Shown here in pieces: positions 37,301-48,571 of a stretch of DNA of 64,000 nucleotides (positions are counted from its first letter, which is position 1; each line of letters begins with the position of its first letter). The DNA is taken from assembly GCA_965644265.1 (NCBI GenBank), contig OZ286460.1, positions 86,614,001 through 86,678,000 on the forward strand. Reading direction: 5' to 3'. Made by a program: the position numbers and the translations under genes. Under the pieces are notes generated by a model that saw only the letters and a program-made list of their open reading frames with translations, did not search any database and had not been told where the DNA came from. The stretch comes from Glycera tridactyla (lineage: Eukaryota).

Positions 37301-38460
37301 ATTGAATCGAACTAGATGATTGGGAAATGGTGTCGTGGCGATGCCAGCAATGACTGAATTCGATCAGAGGTGACTGGGAAGTAAAGTGACGATCTCTGCA
37401 ATGATCAAACTCTAGATGATTGGAAAGTGGTAGTGGCAACACCTACAATGATCAAACTCCAGATGGTTGGGAAGTGGTAATGTTGACCCCTGCAATGATC
37501 AAACTCCAGATGATTGAGACGTGGTAGTGGCGACCCCTGCAATGATCAATCTCTAGATGATTGGGAAGTGGTAGTGACACCTGCAATGACCAAACTCCAG
37601 ATGATTGGGACGTGGTACTGGCAACGCCTGCAATGATACCTGTAGCTGGCAAGAAGTTAAATGCTGAAACCAAAATGCTCATGATTGTTCATCACGACTA
37701 TACCTTTCTCTACCCTCCTCATACTCTCCTCTCTTACTGTCCCCCTCCCCTATCTGAATTGTTGATCTTCTAAGACAACTTACTGATAAAGTAACCTGTT
37801 TCCTCTATATTACATCTACCTTTCAAATAGGTATGTAGCAAAGTAAATTACTCGGAACATGAAAATTTATCATATATGATTTTTAAGGTATATTTGAATA
37901 TCTCATATATACCAGCTTATTACCTTCCGTATCATGAATTTAAGGAAATTGTGGGTAAAGAAATCATTGTATATGTCTCATGTCATAACCCTTGTAGTTA
38001 ATCATACTAACTCGTGACCACTGTATAAAGCCCCGTTGAGCTAAGTGTGGTACATTGTATATAATTTTCGCATATTTGTTTACACGAGGTTGAATAAAGT
38101 TTATTGGATTGAATTGAATCGAACTAGATGATTGGGAAATGGTGTCGTGGCGATGCCGGCAATGACTGAATTCGATCAGAGGTGACTGGGAAGTAAAGTG
38201 ACGATCTCTGCAATAATCAAACTCTAGATGATTGGAAAGTGGTAGTGGCAACACCTACAATGATCAAACTCCAGATGGTTGGGAAGTGGTAGTGGCGACC
38301 CCTGCAATGATCAAACTCCAGATTATCGGGAAGTGGTAGTGGCGACCCCTGCAATGATCAGACTCTAGATGATTGGGGAGTGGTGGTGGTGACGCCGGTA
38401 ATGACAAAATTCTATCAAAGGTGACTGCGAAGTGATAGTGGCGACCCCTGCAATTGCTGA
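28367..38460. repeat. 47-bp satellite array (~10 kb) with higher-order repeats
   Basis: Monomer GTGGTAGTGGCGACCCCTGCAATGATCAAACTCCAGATGATTGGGAA with 44-bp variants. Eight copies of a 480-bp insert, marker positions 30291, 31517, 32743, 33740, 34892, 35704, 36821, 37633. Confidence 0.98.
30296..30775 (+). mobile_element. 480-bp insert in the satellite (first of 8 copies), probable retroposon 3' fragment
   Basis: Ends in a T-rich tract, AATAAA (30751) and (TTGAA)3; interrupts a monomer in register. Confidence 0.55.
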
Positions 38461-38859
38461 CTCCTACCCAACAGTGAGACAATAAGTACATTCCTCGGCT
38501 AACGACATGACAACATCTGCGACCAAGCTTGATAATTGATTCACAGGTGTGAGACGCCAGTGTTCGTTTACTGCAAACACAGGCCACTTTTGTAAAACTT
38601 TTTCGAAGCTGACAATTCATAACTTAACACATCAGTTGAGTGGTTCTAAAACTGATGCATTTTTTCTTTCGAGTACCGTATTTTACATAAAGGCAGCATT
38701 GCTACCAGGTTAGAGTGTCAGCTTCCAGTCAGTCATACGGTAGATATGCCAGCTGTGGTTCATTTAGTCCATGGACGACATGGAGATGTATGTCCACCTG
38801 ACACCCAAGACTGATTGAGAGACATCACTCGAACAGTACTCTAATGATAATGTCTTATC

Positions 38860-39520
38860 AATCGATGGCGCTTGACATACACTTACCTTGACTTATCAAT
38901 CATACGGTACTTGACTGGCTTTGACACGTCAATCAAACACTATTCTACTGATTGTGATTGGTCAATCGAACAGCACTCGAGTGACCGTGACTCGTCAATC
39001 AAACAACACTCGGCTGACTGTGACCTGTCAATCAGACAGCAGTTCACTGACTGTGACTCGTCAATCAAATGATACTTGACTGGCTGTGACTTGTCAATCA
39101 AATGGTATTTGACTGACTGTGATCTCCCAATCAAACAGCAGTCAACTGACTGTGACCCATCCGAGTGATAAGTAGTCAGTCAGTAAAGTGATGTTCTATT
39201 GACAAGTCAAAGTCAATCGGCTGCTGTTTGATTGACACATCACAGTCAGTCAAACAGCAGTCGACAGACTTTGACTCATCAATAACACTACTCTTCTGAT
39301 TTCGACTGGCCAATCAAACGGCTCTCAAGTGACTGACTCGTCAATCGAACAACACTTAGCCGACTCTGACCTGTCCATCAAACAGCGGTCAACTGACTGT
39401 GACTTGTCGGTCAAACTGTACTTGACCAACTGAGTATCACTTGTCAATCAAATGTTGCTTGACTGACTCTGACTCGTCAATCAAACAGTACTTGACTTGC
39501 CAATCAGATGGTACTCATCA
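38860..39520. repeat. Diverged 33-bp minisatellite with an internal inverted segment
   Basis: TCAATC anchors at 38929, 38962, 38995, 39028, 39061, 39094 and ~39127; reverse-complement units at ~39190-39250. Confidence 0.85.
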
Positions 39521-40921
39521 GACTCACTGGCATGGCTCAAAGACATTGGAGAAATCCAACGGGCAGGTGAATTCCAGCATTCATCAGCCACTTTTGGAAA
39601 ATTAACTGTTCGAAATTATATATGACCTGACTCGTCGAATTTTCTCATGTTTAAGTTGATTTTGGTCAGTTCGGGCCTCACACGATTCACAAATTCCCGA
39701 CTGTTGTCAAAGAACGTGAAATACAGTTGGTACTCCAGAAACCCAGCCTGCACATGGTCAAATTTGAAGAAAATGGCAATATTTTCACCTTAAGGAGTTT
39801 GGAGGACTCTCCCAGTTTATAGCAAGACACCTAAAGATTTCAAGGTCACTGAGTGCAAAAAGGTCAAAATTAGCTCCTCATACTTGATTGGGTGGATGTG
39901 TTGGCGATTTGCAGCAAAAAAATTAGCTTGGTGAGATCTTCTTTCCACCATCTGATGAGATATAGATTTATGCAAATTGTGAGAGGGAATGATATGGAAA
40001 ATCCATGGATGTGTATATGACTTATGAAGGAATCGCCGTACAAATCTACATTTCATCAATTTTCAGATGATTTGGAATTTTTTCCAGGAAAATGTTGGCT
40101 GGTGGCATAGGTATTTTTTGCTTTCATCCAAAAGAAGACATCATTATTCAACTTTTGAGAGAAAAATTGGAAATTCTTGGATAGATCAATTATCTATGGG
40201 CAAAATACTGCTGACAGTACTACCTTAACTGCTGATCCGGCCACATACCAAATCCAATATGGGCTTTCCTCACTAACTCCTCTCCAGTCTGGGGAGGGGT
40301 GAAGTAGGGGTCCGAGCATGCGCAGATGGTCTGATGATTCTAGTTCTGTCGATGAGGCCTCTTCACTACCAATGGTAACCAATAGGAGTGATACTTTATA
40401 CCTCATTTTTCATATTGATCCATCACTCATGAGCTCTTCACAGCTTCCATACATATTGATTGGAAAACCAGTCAACAATATGCAGAATATCGGAATAATT
40501 GCACAAGAGTGAACAAGGAAAATTTTGGGTGTGTGCTGTGAGTAATCATATGCAGGGTGACGGCTGTTAGACCACCCCTACCCCTCCTCCAGACAGGACC
40601 CCTGGTCCTACCATGCAGGAATGTTTCACCCTTCATCTTCGCTCCTCCTTGGCAGGTGGTCTGATTTAGCCTACTCAAGTGCAGAAAGTGGACCTAAAAC
40701 CTTAACATTTCATTTTTTTTTTACCCCTGTGACATTGGTATGTTTTTATTACCTCACATCTCAGATCACTGGCAAGTCAGTGGGAGAGAAATTGGATACA
40801 TGACTTTGATTATCAAAACTTTCAGTTGAATGCCATCAACTCTTTCCCAACTAGAATTTGTTGGATGATATTCAATATCTGATACTGTCCATTATTCAAT
40901 TAGTGGATAAACACATCACAT

Positions 40922-41181
40922 CATCAAATCTGTCTATCTAAGCCACACTTGGTCATCCCAAAAATTGGTCTTTGTAAAAAAAGGTGCCTTTGCAGAGCTC
41001 TTTTAAGTGTGTAAAATACACTCATTATCATCATTCAGAGGTGGTCTTTGTAGACATGTGGCCTTAGTATAGAGGTGGTCTCTCAAGCAGATTTGATTGT
41101 ACTCTTATCAAGCTGCCCTGGAAATGCAGTCTCCTGTCAGAGGTGATCTCTTGTGGGGGTCTCTTGTCGCAGGTTTCACTG
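40922..41181 (+). mobile_element. Diverged MITE family A copy plus an extra right-end fragment
   Basis: CATCAAATCTGTCTAT ... AAGCAGATTTGATTG-TA (to 41099), then a second end CAGGTTTCACTG-TA at 41181. Confidence 0.55.
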
Positions 41182-41544
41182 TAATTTTTGATTTAGGAAC
41201 AAATCATTATCTTAAATTTTGCATCCCTACTTCAAAGTAGATGCTCGATGTATGTCTCATAATTTGGGTTTTCATTCTAGACCACAATATCCAACTCACT
41301 TCTATAAACAGGAAACGATGAATATGTGGTGGTGGAGGTAGGGGTGAGGGACTGGAAGGGGTAAGGTTAAGAGTTTTACAAGCAGTGTCCATCTCCTCAT
41401 CAGGTGATCATTGATTGAAGTGCCTTATCTGAGATCTCTGATAGCATCACACAAACAGGAAATCACCTGTGATTGACGGAACCGGTATTATTTACGCTCA
41501 TTCTGCCCTCCATGACTGGAGAAGAACTAATGAGGAAAGCCCGT

Positions 41545-41728
41545 GTTAATATTGTCCCCGTCTCTCCCTCAAATTCTGCATCACCCATGCCTAAATACCT
41601 TCACAAACTTTTACAACAAAAGTGAATTCCCCTAGATGGACCCACCGGCGTCGCCACCTATGGAGACATCTAGTGTCTCCCTTAGCATCTTAGCTGTGTC
41701 TCAATGTGCATGTGCTCATCGTATTTTC
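41545..41728 (+). repeat. DIRS left inverted terminal repeat
   Basis: For example CTTCACAAACTTTTACAACAAAAGTGAATTCC pairs with GGAATTCACTTTTGTTGCAAAAGTTTGTGAAG near 48210. Confidence 0.92.
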
Positions 41729-42052
41729 TTTTTTTGATCCACCATTTTGGATCATTAGAGAAAAGGATTTGATTTGTTTGCCTATTCTATCGCCTTCACG
41801 CGTGTCGCGGCATTCTGGATAGACAACGGAGCATTAACTCTTGGATGTTGTAGAGTCCTGAGACTGCAAATTTCCTCTGTCTAGTGCATTGCGCAAGTTC
41901 AACTTGTTGTGCTCACACTCACGCGTTGAACGCTGTCAAAAGCATTGTGGGGGTGGAGGAGCGCATTGTATAATGTACTGATCTTTGAAATGACGTGCTG
42001 AATTGGCGTGTCTGTGATCTTCATATCATTGTGTATTGTATGTATTGATATT

Positions 42053-45010
42053 ATGTCTTCACACACTCCTACGCGCACCAAATGCGGCCACTTCAATGCA
42101 CATTGGGAAGACCATTCATTGTGTCCCTCCTGCCGGGAATGCAGAAAGGGCAGGGAGGGGTCAGATGATGAAACAGTGTGTGATGTTTGTGAGAGTTGGT
42201 CCCCTGATCTCTGGCAACACCATTATGACAGAAGAACTCACAAATCAAAGAAATATGCAAAGAGGGCTTCCGACAATGTTGAACATAGGTCTCATTATGA
42301 ACCAAGTACAACTTCATGTATCACTGAAAAACAAGCTAATGAATGGGAAGCCCATGCTAAACAGGTCCTTGCTAGGAGTAGGGCTGAAGCAGCCTTACAC
42401 TCAGGTAGGTCAGTTAGCTCAGAACCACCTACTTCAGCCCCAAGTAGACATCTACCAACTAGACCCAGTCTTAAAGCTGCTCCTATGAGAGAGTCAGACA
42501 AGGAAAGCCTTTCAATTCGTCCTCCCCTTAGACCAATAGGCAATGGTAGGACTCAGAAAGCAAAAAGAGGTGGTAGCCGTTCGTCCTCTCCTAGATATAG
42601 GGAAGTCACAGTCCAACTCGCCAGGGATAAGATAGTTGAGGATGCACTACCTGGAACTCCAGGATGTGTAGATAGTGCTGCAAAGAGATCTAAACCGAAG
42701 TCCACTTCTCACAAAAGATCTAAGTCATATGAGAAATCTCGTTCAAAATCCAATTCCAAAGCAAAGAAATTGTCCGAGAGATCAAGATCCTCATATGTCA
42801 CTGGTCAGGGCACCATCTGCAGATGGTGAGCATATGGATAATATCCTACCAGTCAATGACTGTCAGACATCAGCGCCTGGTTTTGACCAGGCAGTTGACT
42901 CCAGTCAGGAGGATAGAGAGGATAGATCCGTTACCTACCCATGTGACCGGTCAGAACATAGCAGTACAGGGCACAGGGGGGATAGAGGATCTCAGATTGA
43001 TTCTGACATTGAGATTGTGTCAGAAAATGTTTCTGACCAGGCACCATGCACCGGGCACCGGGCACCGGGCATCAACTTGGCACCAGGCACAGGCATTGGT
43101 TCAGGCAGTAGTGACTGGTCAGTTGGTTGAAGACCAGACAGTAGTAGACCAGGCTATTGTACACAGAGCAGACGCTGTTGACCAGGCTAGTGTACACAGC
43201 CTTACTAGTTCGGCTAGGAAGACATGGTCTCACTACAGTAGGCAGAAATCAACTGAGCAAATGTCATATCTGCCTAAAAGTGTTTTCGGTTCTGTTTCAC
43301 CTAAGGATAATCCTCAGTCAATGCAACCAGACCAGTCTATAGAAAGAGGAGGAATGATTCTGAGTCTATTAATTCTCCTCCTTTACCTACTTATAGTTGG
43401 CTACAACGTATGAAAGTGCCTAAGTTAAGTGTACATATATCTGGATCAAGAGTTAGCGCTACAGTTACCTGGCCTACAACTCCTGATAATAGAAGTCCTG
43501 TATTACAAGAGACTTTAATGTCAACCCAAGTTCATCCACCGCGTGCTATGGTTACCAAATCTGCTCAGGCTTTGATAGCAATTAATAATAGCCAGCCAGT
43601 CAGTATACCACCAGCCATTGTTGTTACACCACCAGTCATGACTAATACTCCAGTCACTGTGGTTACACCACCAGCCACTGTGTCTACACCAACCATTGTA
43701 TTTGCGCCACCAGCCACCTTGGCTGAACCACCAGCCGAGTTGACGAAAGCACCTTCTATTGTATCTGTAACACATGTCTTTATGAGTAGAACAACTGTCA
43801 CTGCACCAGGTATTCAATCAAGGCCAGTAGCCACTGCCAATAGACCTGTATCTACTTCGACTAGACCACCAGTCATTGTAGCCAGACCTCCAGTCAGACC
43901 ACGTTCGAGTAATCAACCAGTCACACGTGCTCGTTCTCCATCATCTTCGGAGATTTCTGAGGATAGTAGTGATGAGGATTGGTCTGAGAGGGATGGAAGA
44001 TCCTCCAGAGCTCTCATCGAGAGTATGCGTTCTTAGATGCATAGCTTGAGGAAAGAGGTAAAGGAAGCTAGGGAACAGAGCGCAGCTCAGGCTGATATCC
44101 TTGACAATCAAGAGGAGGCAGAAAGACCGGCTCAGACCCAAAAATGAGGACCCTTAGGCGTTATGCTTCAGAGGTATTAACCTCTTACATGGGTCATCCG
44201 GATCCATCTCCATTAAATACAGCAGGCATGGCTAGGGATACTATGAGGTCAGATTATGAGGCAGATGCAAGGGCTAGAGAGGTGCAGAGGTTAGTTGACT
44301 TAGCAGAAGTATCTTGACAAGAATCTCCAGACCAGAGGATGAGGGAAATGAGGGGTACTGTGTGGTCCCTCCAGAGATCGACAGTGATTACGCTTGTTTT
44401 GGGAAAGCTTCTAAAACCGAGGAAAATATGGTGAAAGAGGCCCTTGAGGTGCTCTCATATACTAATGTGGCCCTAGCGGCTGCACTACAAGCCACTCATG
44501 AGGATGTAGTGGATGTAGAGGATATTGAGGAGAAAGCTGAGATGGCGATGAATATCTGCTTAAAGTCCTTAGAGCATGCAAGCTTTATCATAGCAAAGGT
44601 TGCAGGCAATATGGAACTGGCATGCAGAACAACAGCCTCAAACTCTGTGTCAGTTGAGGTCCCTTCTTTTTGGACAGCAATCTCTATTTGGTGGGAGGCT
44701 GCAAGAAGCTTGTGATCAGTCTTGGGAACGGGCTAGAAAGAGATCCAGTATGGATGATGATTATGAAAAGGCATCATCAGGCTTTAGACCAGGTTTTCAG
44801 TTTCATGGTCGGAGCAGTCAGACAAGATCTGCCAACAGAGAGGTGGTGCCTCCTGTGGGAGAGCTAGAGGCAGAGGTCGGGGTGCTGCTGAGAATGGGGA
44901 TGATTCTGCTTTGAGCCATCAGAACACTCATTCTTACAATCAGCAGCAAGGACAGTCTCACATGAGAGGAGACAGAAAACAGTCTGGCAGGAGGAGGAGT
45001 AGGAGCCGAG
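42053..45010 (+). pseudogene. DIRS gag-like ORF1, frameshifted
   Basis: ATG at 42053; N-terminal Cys/His cluster CGHFNAHWEDHSLCPSCREC..CDVC, Ser/Arg- and Pro/Thr-rich middle, helical region (ORF 44314..44715), RG-rich tail. Confidence 0.8.
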
Positions 45011-45039
45011 GGCGCTGGCCCTTGGATACAGGGCACCAC

Positions 45040-46960
45040 CCCTCAATCACCTTGTGTAGGGGCAAGACTGACAGAGTTTGTGTCAGCCTGGAAGAATGTG
45101 ACGGGAAATCACTTTATCTCAGCAATAGTAGAAGAAGGGTTGAAGATCAGGTTTACTCGACAACCAAAGCTTTCTCAAGATTTTCGACCATTCTCAGGTC
45201 CCAAAGAGGGAACAGAGAAATGGTTCCCTCTCAAGGACGAAATTCAGAAAATGATGGACAAGAGGGCCACTATTCCTCTAACTCCAGACTTCGGTCCAGG
45301 GTGCTACAGCAATCTTTTCCTTGTGACCAAAGCTTCAGGGGGATTTTGCCTTATAATCAATTTGAAACCATTGAACCGTCATATATACAACCAATGGTTC
45401 AAAATGGAAACCGTCAGATCCGTGGTCAAGGCAATTTTACCAGGCGATTGGTCAGTATCTATAGACCTTTGCAATGCTTATTTCCACGTGCCCATTCACA
45501 AGGACCATCAGAAGTAGCTGAGGTTTGCAGTGCCCAAAGAGAAGGCTTTCCAATTCCGGGCCCTTTTTTTGGACCATGCACAGCGCCTCGGATATTTTCG
45601 ATGGTCCTGAGGGAGATGGAGCACCATCTTCATCTGAGGGGCATCAAGGTCCATCTATACCTGGACAATTGGCTAATTCGCCATCAGGATCCATAGGCCT
45701 TGATGTCCCATCTGAATTATGTTATTCAGATAGCCGAGAGTCTGGCTACTTGGACAACTTGGACATAACAGAACTGGTGCAAGAGTTTGCTTATTTAGGA
45801 GTGCTGTTCAACACTCAAAGGCCAACTAGTTTTCCCAACCATGAAACGACTGGAGAAGCTGGAAGGTTGTCTTCATCTCTTTATAAGCCGTCCATTTCAG
45901 CCTGCGAGGTCAATTCTTTGCATTCTAGAACATATGTCCAGCCTCTCAGATTATATTCTGCTAGGTCTCCTCCATATGAGACCTCTACAACTCTGTCTCT
46001 TGTCTCAATGGAGAGTCTGGAGAAGATGATCATGTTTCATCCAGAGATTTTAGTGATTCTTCAATGGTGGCAATACAGAAACAACACATTGAAATGCGTT
46101 CCTCTGTCTCCTCAGGAACCGGATTGTCTATTGACAACAGATGTGTCACTAACAGGTTGGGGGGGGGGGCTCATATTTTGGCCAACCAGTTGAGAGACCA
46201 GGTGTCAGGAGAGTGGCCTTCCAGTTACAGCCAGAGATCAATCAATTCTCTGGAACTGGAGGCAACTCTTCGGGCAGAAGTTCTGGAGAAGTTTGCAGAT
46301 CACATCAGAGGTTGAGTAGTCATGATTCTGTCAGACAATGTGACAGCAATCTCATATATTAAGAATCAGGGAGGCACACACAACTCATTTCTGTGCGGCC
46401 TCGCCTGGCAAACACTGATGTTTGCAAACAACCTTCAGGCAACTCTGAAGGTTCATCACATTCCGGGCAAGCGCAACCTTCTTGCAGACACCCTCTCCAG
46501 ATCAGCTCCCATTCAAACAGAATGGGAGCTACATCCTCAAATATTTCAGCAGATTCTGGACATTTTCATGTCTCTCCAACCATAAACCTGATGGCAACAT
46601 TTCACAATCGGAAACTACCAGTCTTCATCAGTCCCTTCCCAGACCAGGCAGCATGGGGAGTGGACACACTTTCAATGAGTTGATTGGACTTTCAAGCTGC
46701 ATATGTATTTCCACCATAAGCTCTAGTGAGAGAAGTTCTCAACAAGTTGAGGGGACTAGACCTGGTTCTGGTGTGCATAGCACCATGGTGGCCGAACCAG
46801 GCCTGGTTCCCCGACTTGAGGGAACTGTCTATTATGAATCCGATCCAGTTGCCTTCACCGAGGGACCTGCTGACCCAGGTAGTGAAGGAGAGGACCCTGA
46901 ACCACAGGAGACCTCAGCTCCTCAACTTTCACGCAACAGCAGTGGATAGAGTCTCCCAAC
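45040..46960 (+). pseudogene. DIRS pol (RT, RNase H, methyltransferase-like), disrupted
   Basis: YSNLFLVTKASGGFCLIINLKPLN..FKMET..SIDLCNAYFHVPIH; HLYLDNWLI; TDVSLTGWG; INSLELEA; SDNVTAISYIKNQGGTH; HIPGKRNLLADTLSR; APWWPNQAWF. Confidence 0.95.
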
Positions 46961-47940
46961 CTACTGGACCATCAACAGCAATAGTCTACAATGCCAGATG
47001 GGCTATTTGGAAATCATACTGCATCAGCAATGGAATTGTGGCATCCAATCCCTCTTTGGCTTTCATCCTAAGATTTTCCTTGCATCTTTGGGATCCGGGC
47101 AAGTCGATAGACACTTTAAAGGGATATAGGTCTGCTATTTCTTGAGTTTCTGATCAATATGATCATTCTGTACTGGACAGCAAGGAGCTGAAAGATCTTT
47201 TCAGAAATCTTATGTTAGAGAGACCGGTTCAGAAGAAATTGGTCCCTTCATGGAATCTTCCTCCCGTGCTCAGATTCTTAGCTAGTGATCCTTTGAACCA
47301 TTAGAAAGCATTCCCATGTTAGATTTAACATTGAAGACTGTATTCTTACTAGTGTTGGCTAGTGGAAGAAGAAGGAGTGAGTTGAAGGCTCGTTCTGGTG
47401 AACCTGGTGCTGTCAGGTTCACAAGAAGTCTTTCTAAGGTCACTCTGACATACATTTCTGGGTTTATAGCCATGAATCAGAGACCAGACAGGGAATGCCC
47501 TTTTATAGTCATTCCTGCAATACCAGAAGAGCGGGAAGATGAACTGATTCAAGGAAGATTGTGTCCAGTAAAGACCCTTGAGTCCAACATACCAGAGCAG
47601 GTAGAAGGTCCCTATTTGTCCCATTGTCAGCAGCAGAGTTCAGAGCTGACACCATTTCCAGATGGATTAGGACAGTCATTTCGAGAGCAAATGAGAACTC
47701 TGAGGAGCAATTACCCGCACCTCAAAGCATTTCTGCTCATGAGACCAGAGCACTTGGCGCATCATGGAGGCTGCTCAACCGTTCTTCTTGCATAGAAGAC
47801 ATCATGCAAGCAGTATTCTAGTGTTCCAGCCACACATTCTTCTCGAGATATTTGAGAGACATGTGCGGCCAAGCAATAGACCTCTACTCTTTAGGTCCCA
47901 TTGTGGCTGGCCAGTTGGTTGTACAACTTCATGAATATTA
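46930..47940 (+). pseudogene. DIRS tyrosine recombinase, disrupted
   Basis: LTLKTVFLLVLASGRRRSEL, LCPVKTL, HETRALGASW and FSRYLRDM; stop at 47938-40. Confidence 0.92.
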
Positions 47941-47987
47941 AAAGTAATCAGTGAATTCTAATTATCCCTCCAACCGGGTTATATTCG

Positions 47988-48076
47988 GATGCAGAATTTG
48001 AGGGATAGACAGAGACGGTATCACCTAGGTTTGTATTCAACCTGGTTGTTAATATTTACCTGTCTCTCCCTCAAAT
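47988..48076 (+). repeat. DIRS internal complementary region (ICR)
   Basis: 47988-48021 complements the left terminus; 48022-48076 complements 48262-48316. Confidence 0.9.
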
Positions 48077-48111
48077 GATGGCCCCTCACATCCGTCCCCG
48101 CTAATTGTTGT

Positions 48112-48316
48112 GAAAATACGACGAGCGCATGCGCGTCAAGACGCAGCTTAGATAGGGAGACGCTAGATGTCTCTATAGGCGGCGACACCGGTGGGTCCAT
48201 CTAGAGGAATTCACTTTTGTTGCAAAAGTTTGTGAAGGTAGTTCAGCATAGGGGAAGCAGAATTTGAGGGAGAGACAGGTAGGTATTAACAACCAGGTTG
48301 AATACAAACCTGGGTG
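48112..48316 (+). repeat. DIRS right ITR with right extension
   Basis: Inverted match to 41545-41728 plus ~26 extra bases covered by the ICR. Confidence 0.92.
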
Positions 48317-48408
48317 GAATTAAAGACAGATCATGGACATTCAGGCAATTCTTTTCATACAGCAAATAGCCGCCCCAAACCATTTCTCATCACATTCACT
48401 GAGAACAA

Positions 48409-48571
48409 ATAAAGACCGCCTTCAGTTGCATCAAAAAGTGGTCTTTATAGACAGGTGGTCTTTATAAAGAGGTCATTTACTGTTGAAAATACTACCACGG
48501 TCGCAGCTCAGGGCGGTCTTCATAGGCAGGTGATCTTTATAGAGAGGTGGTCTTCAGAACAGGTTCGACTG
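48409..48571 (+). mobile_element. MITE family A, left TIR missing
   Basis: Begins ATAAAGACCGCC and ends CAGGTTCGACTG-TA. Confidence 0.85.

Larger units (their letters stand above)
41545..48316 (+). mobile_element. Full-length DIRS1-like retrotransposon, 6.8 kb, mutationally inactivated
   Basis: Left ITR 41545-41728 matches the reverse complement of 48112-48290. Right extension to 48316. ICR 47988-48076 is complementary to both termini. gag, pol and YR lie in DIRS order. Confidence 0.97.

Noticed and set aside
30291-38230. Repeat-spacer alternation superficially like a CRISPR array
   Set aside because: Spacers are identical 480-bp copies, repeats are tandem multimers, there are no cas genes and the context is eukaryotic.
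28250-38620. Dozens of 60-118 aa ORFs in the satellite (LPLPNHLEFDHCRGRH...)
   Set aside because: They arise from translating a 47-bp unit that is not a multiple of three; frames shift every monomer.
17941-48316. Two DIRS elements pointing outward around the satellite, as if one composite unit
   Set aside because: They are different subfamilies, 20 kb apart, with unrelated repeats between; independent insertion into a repeat-rich region is sufficient.
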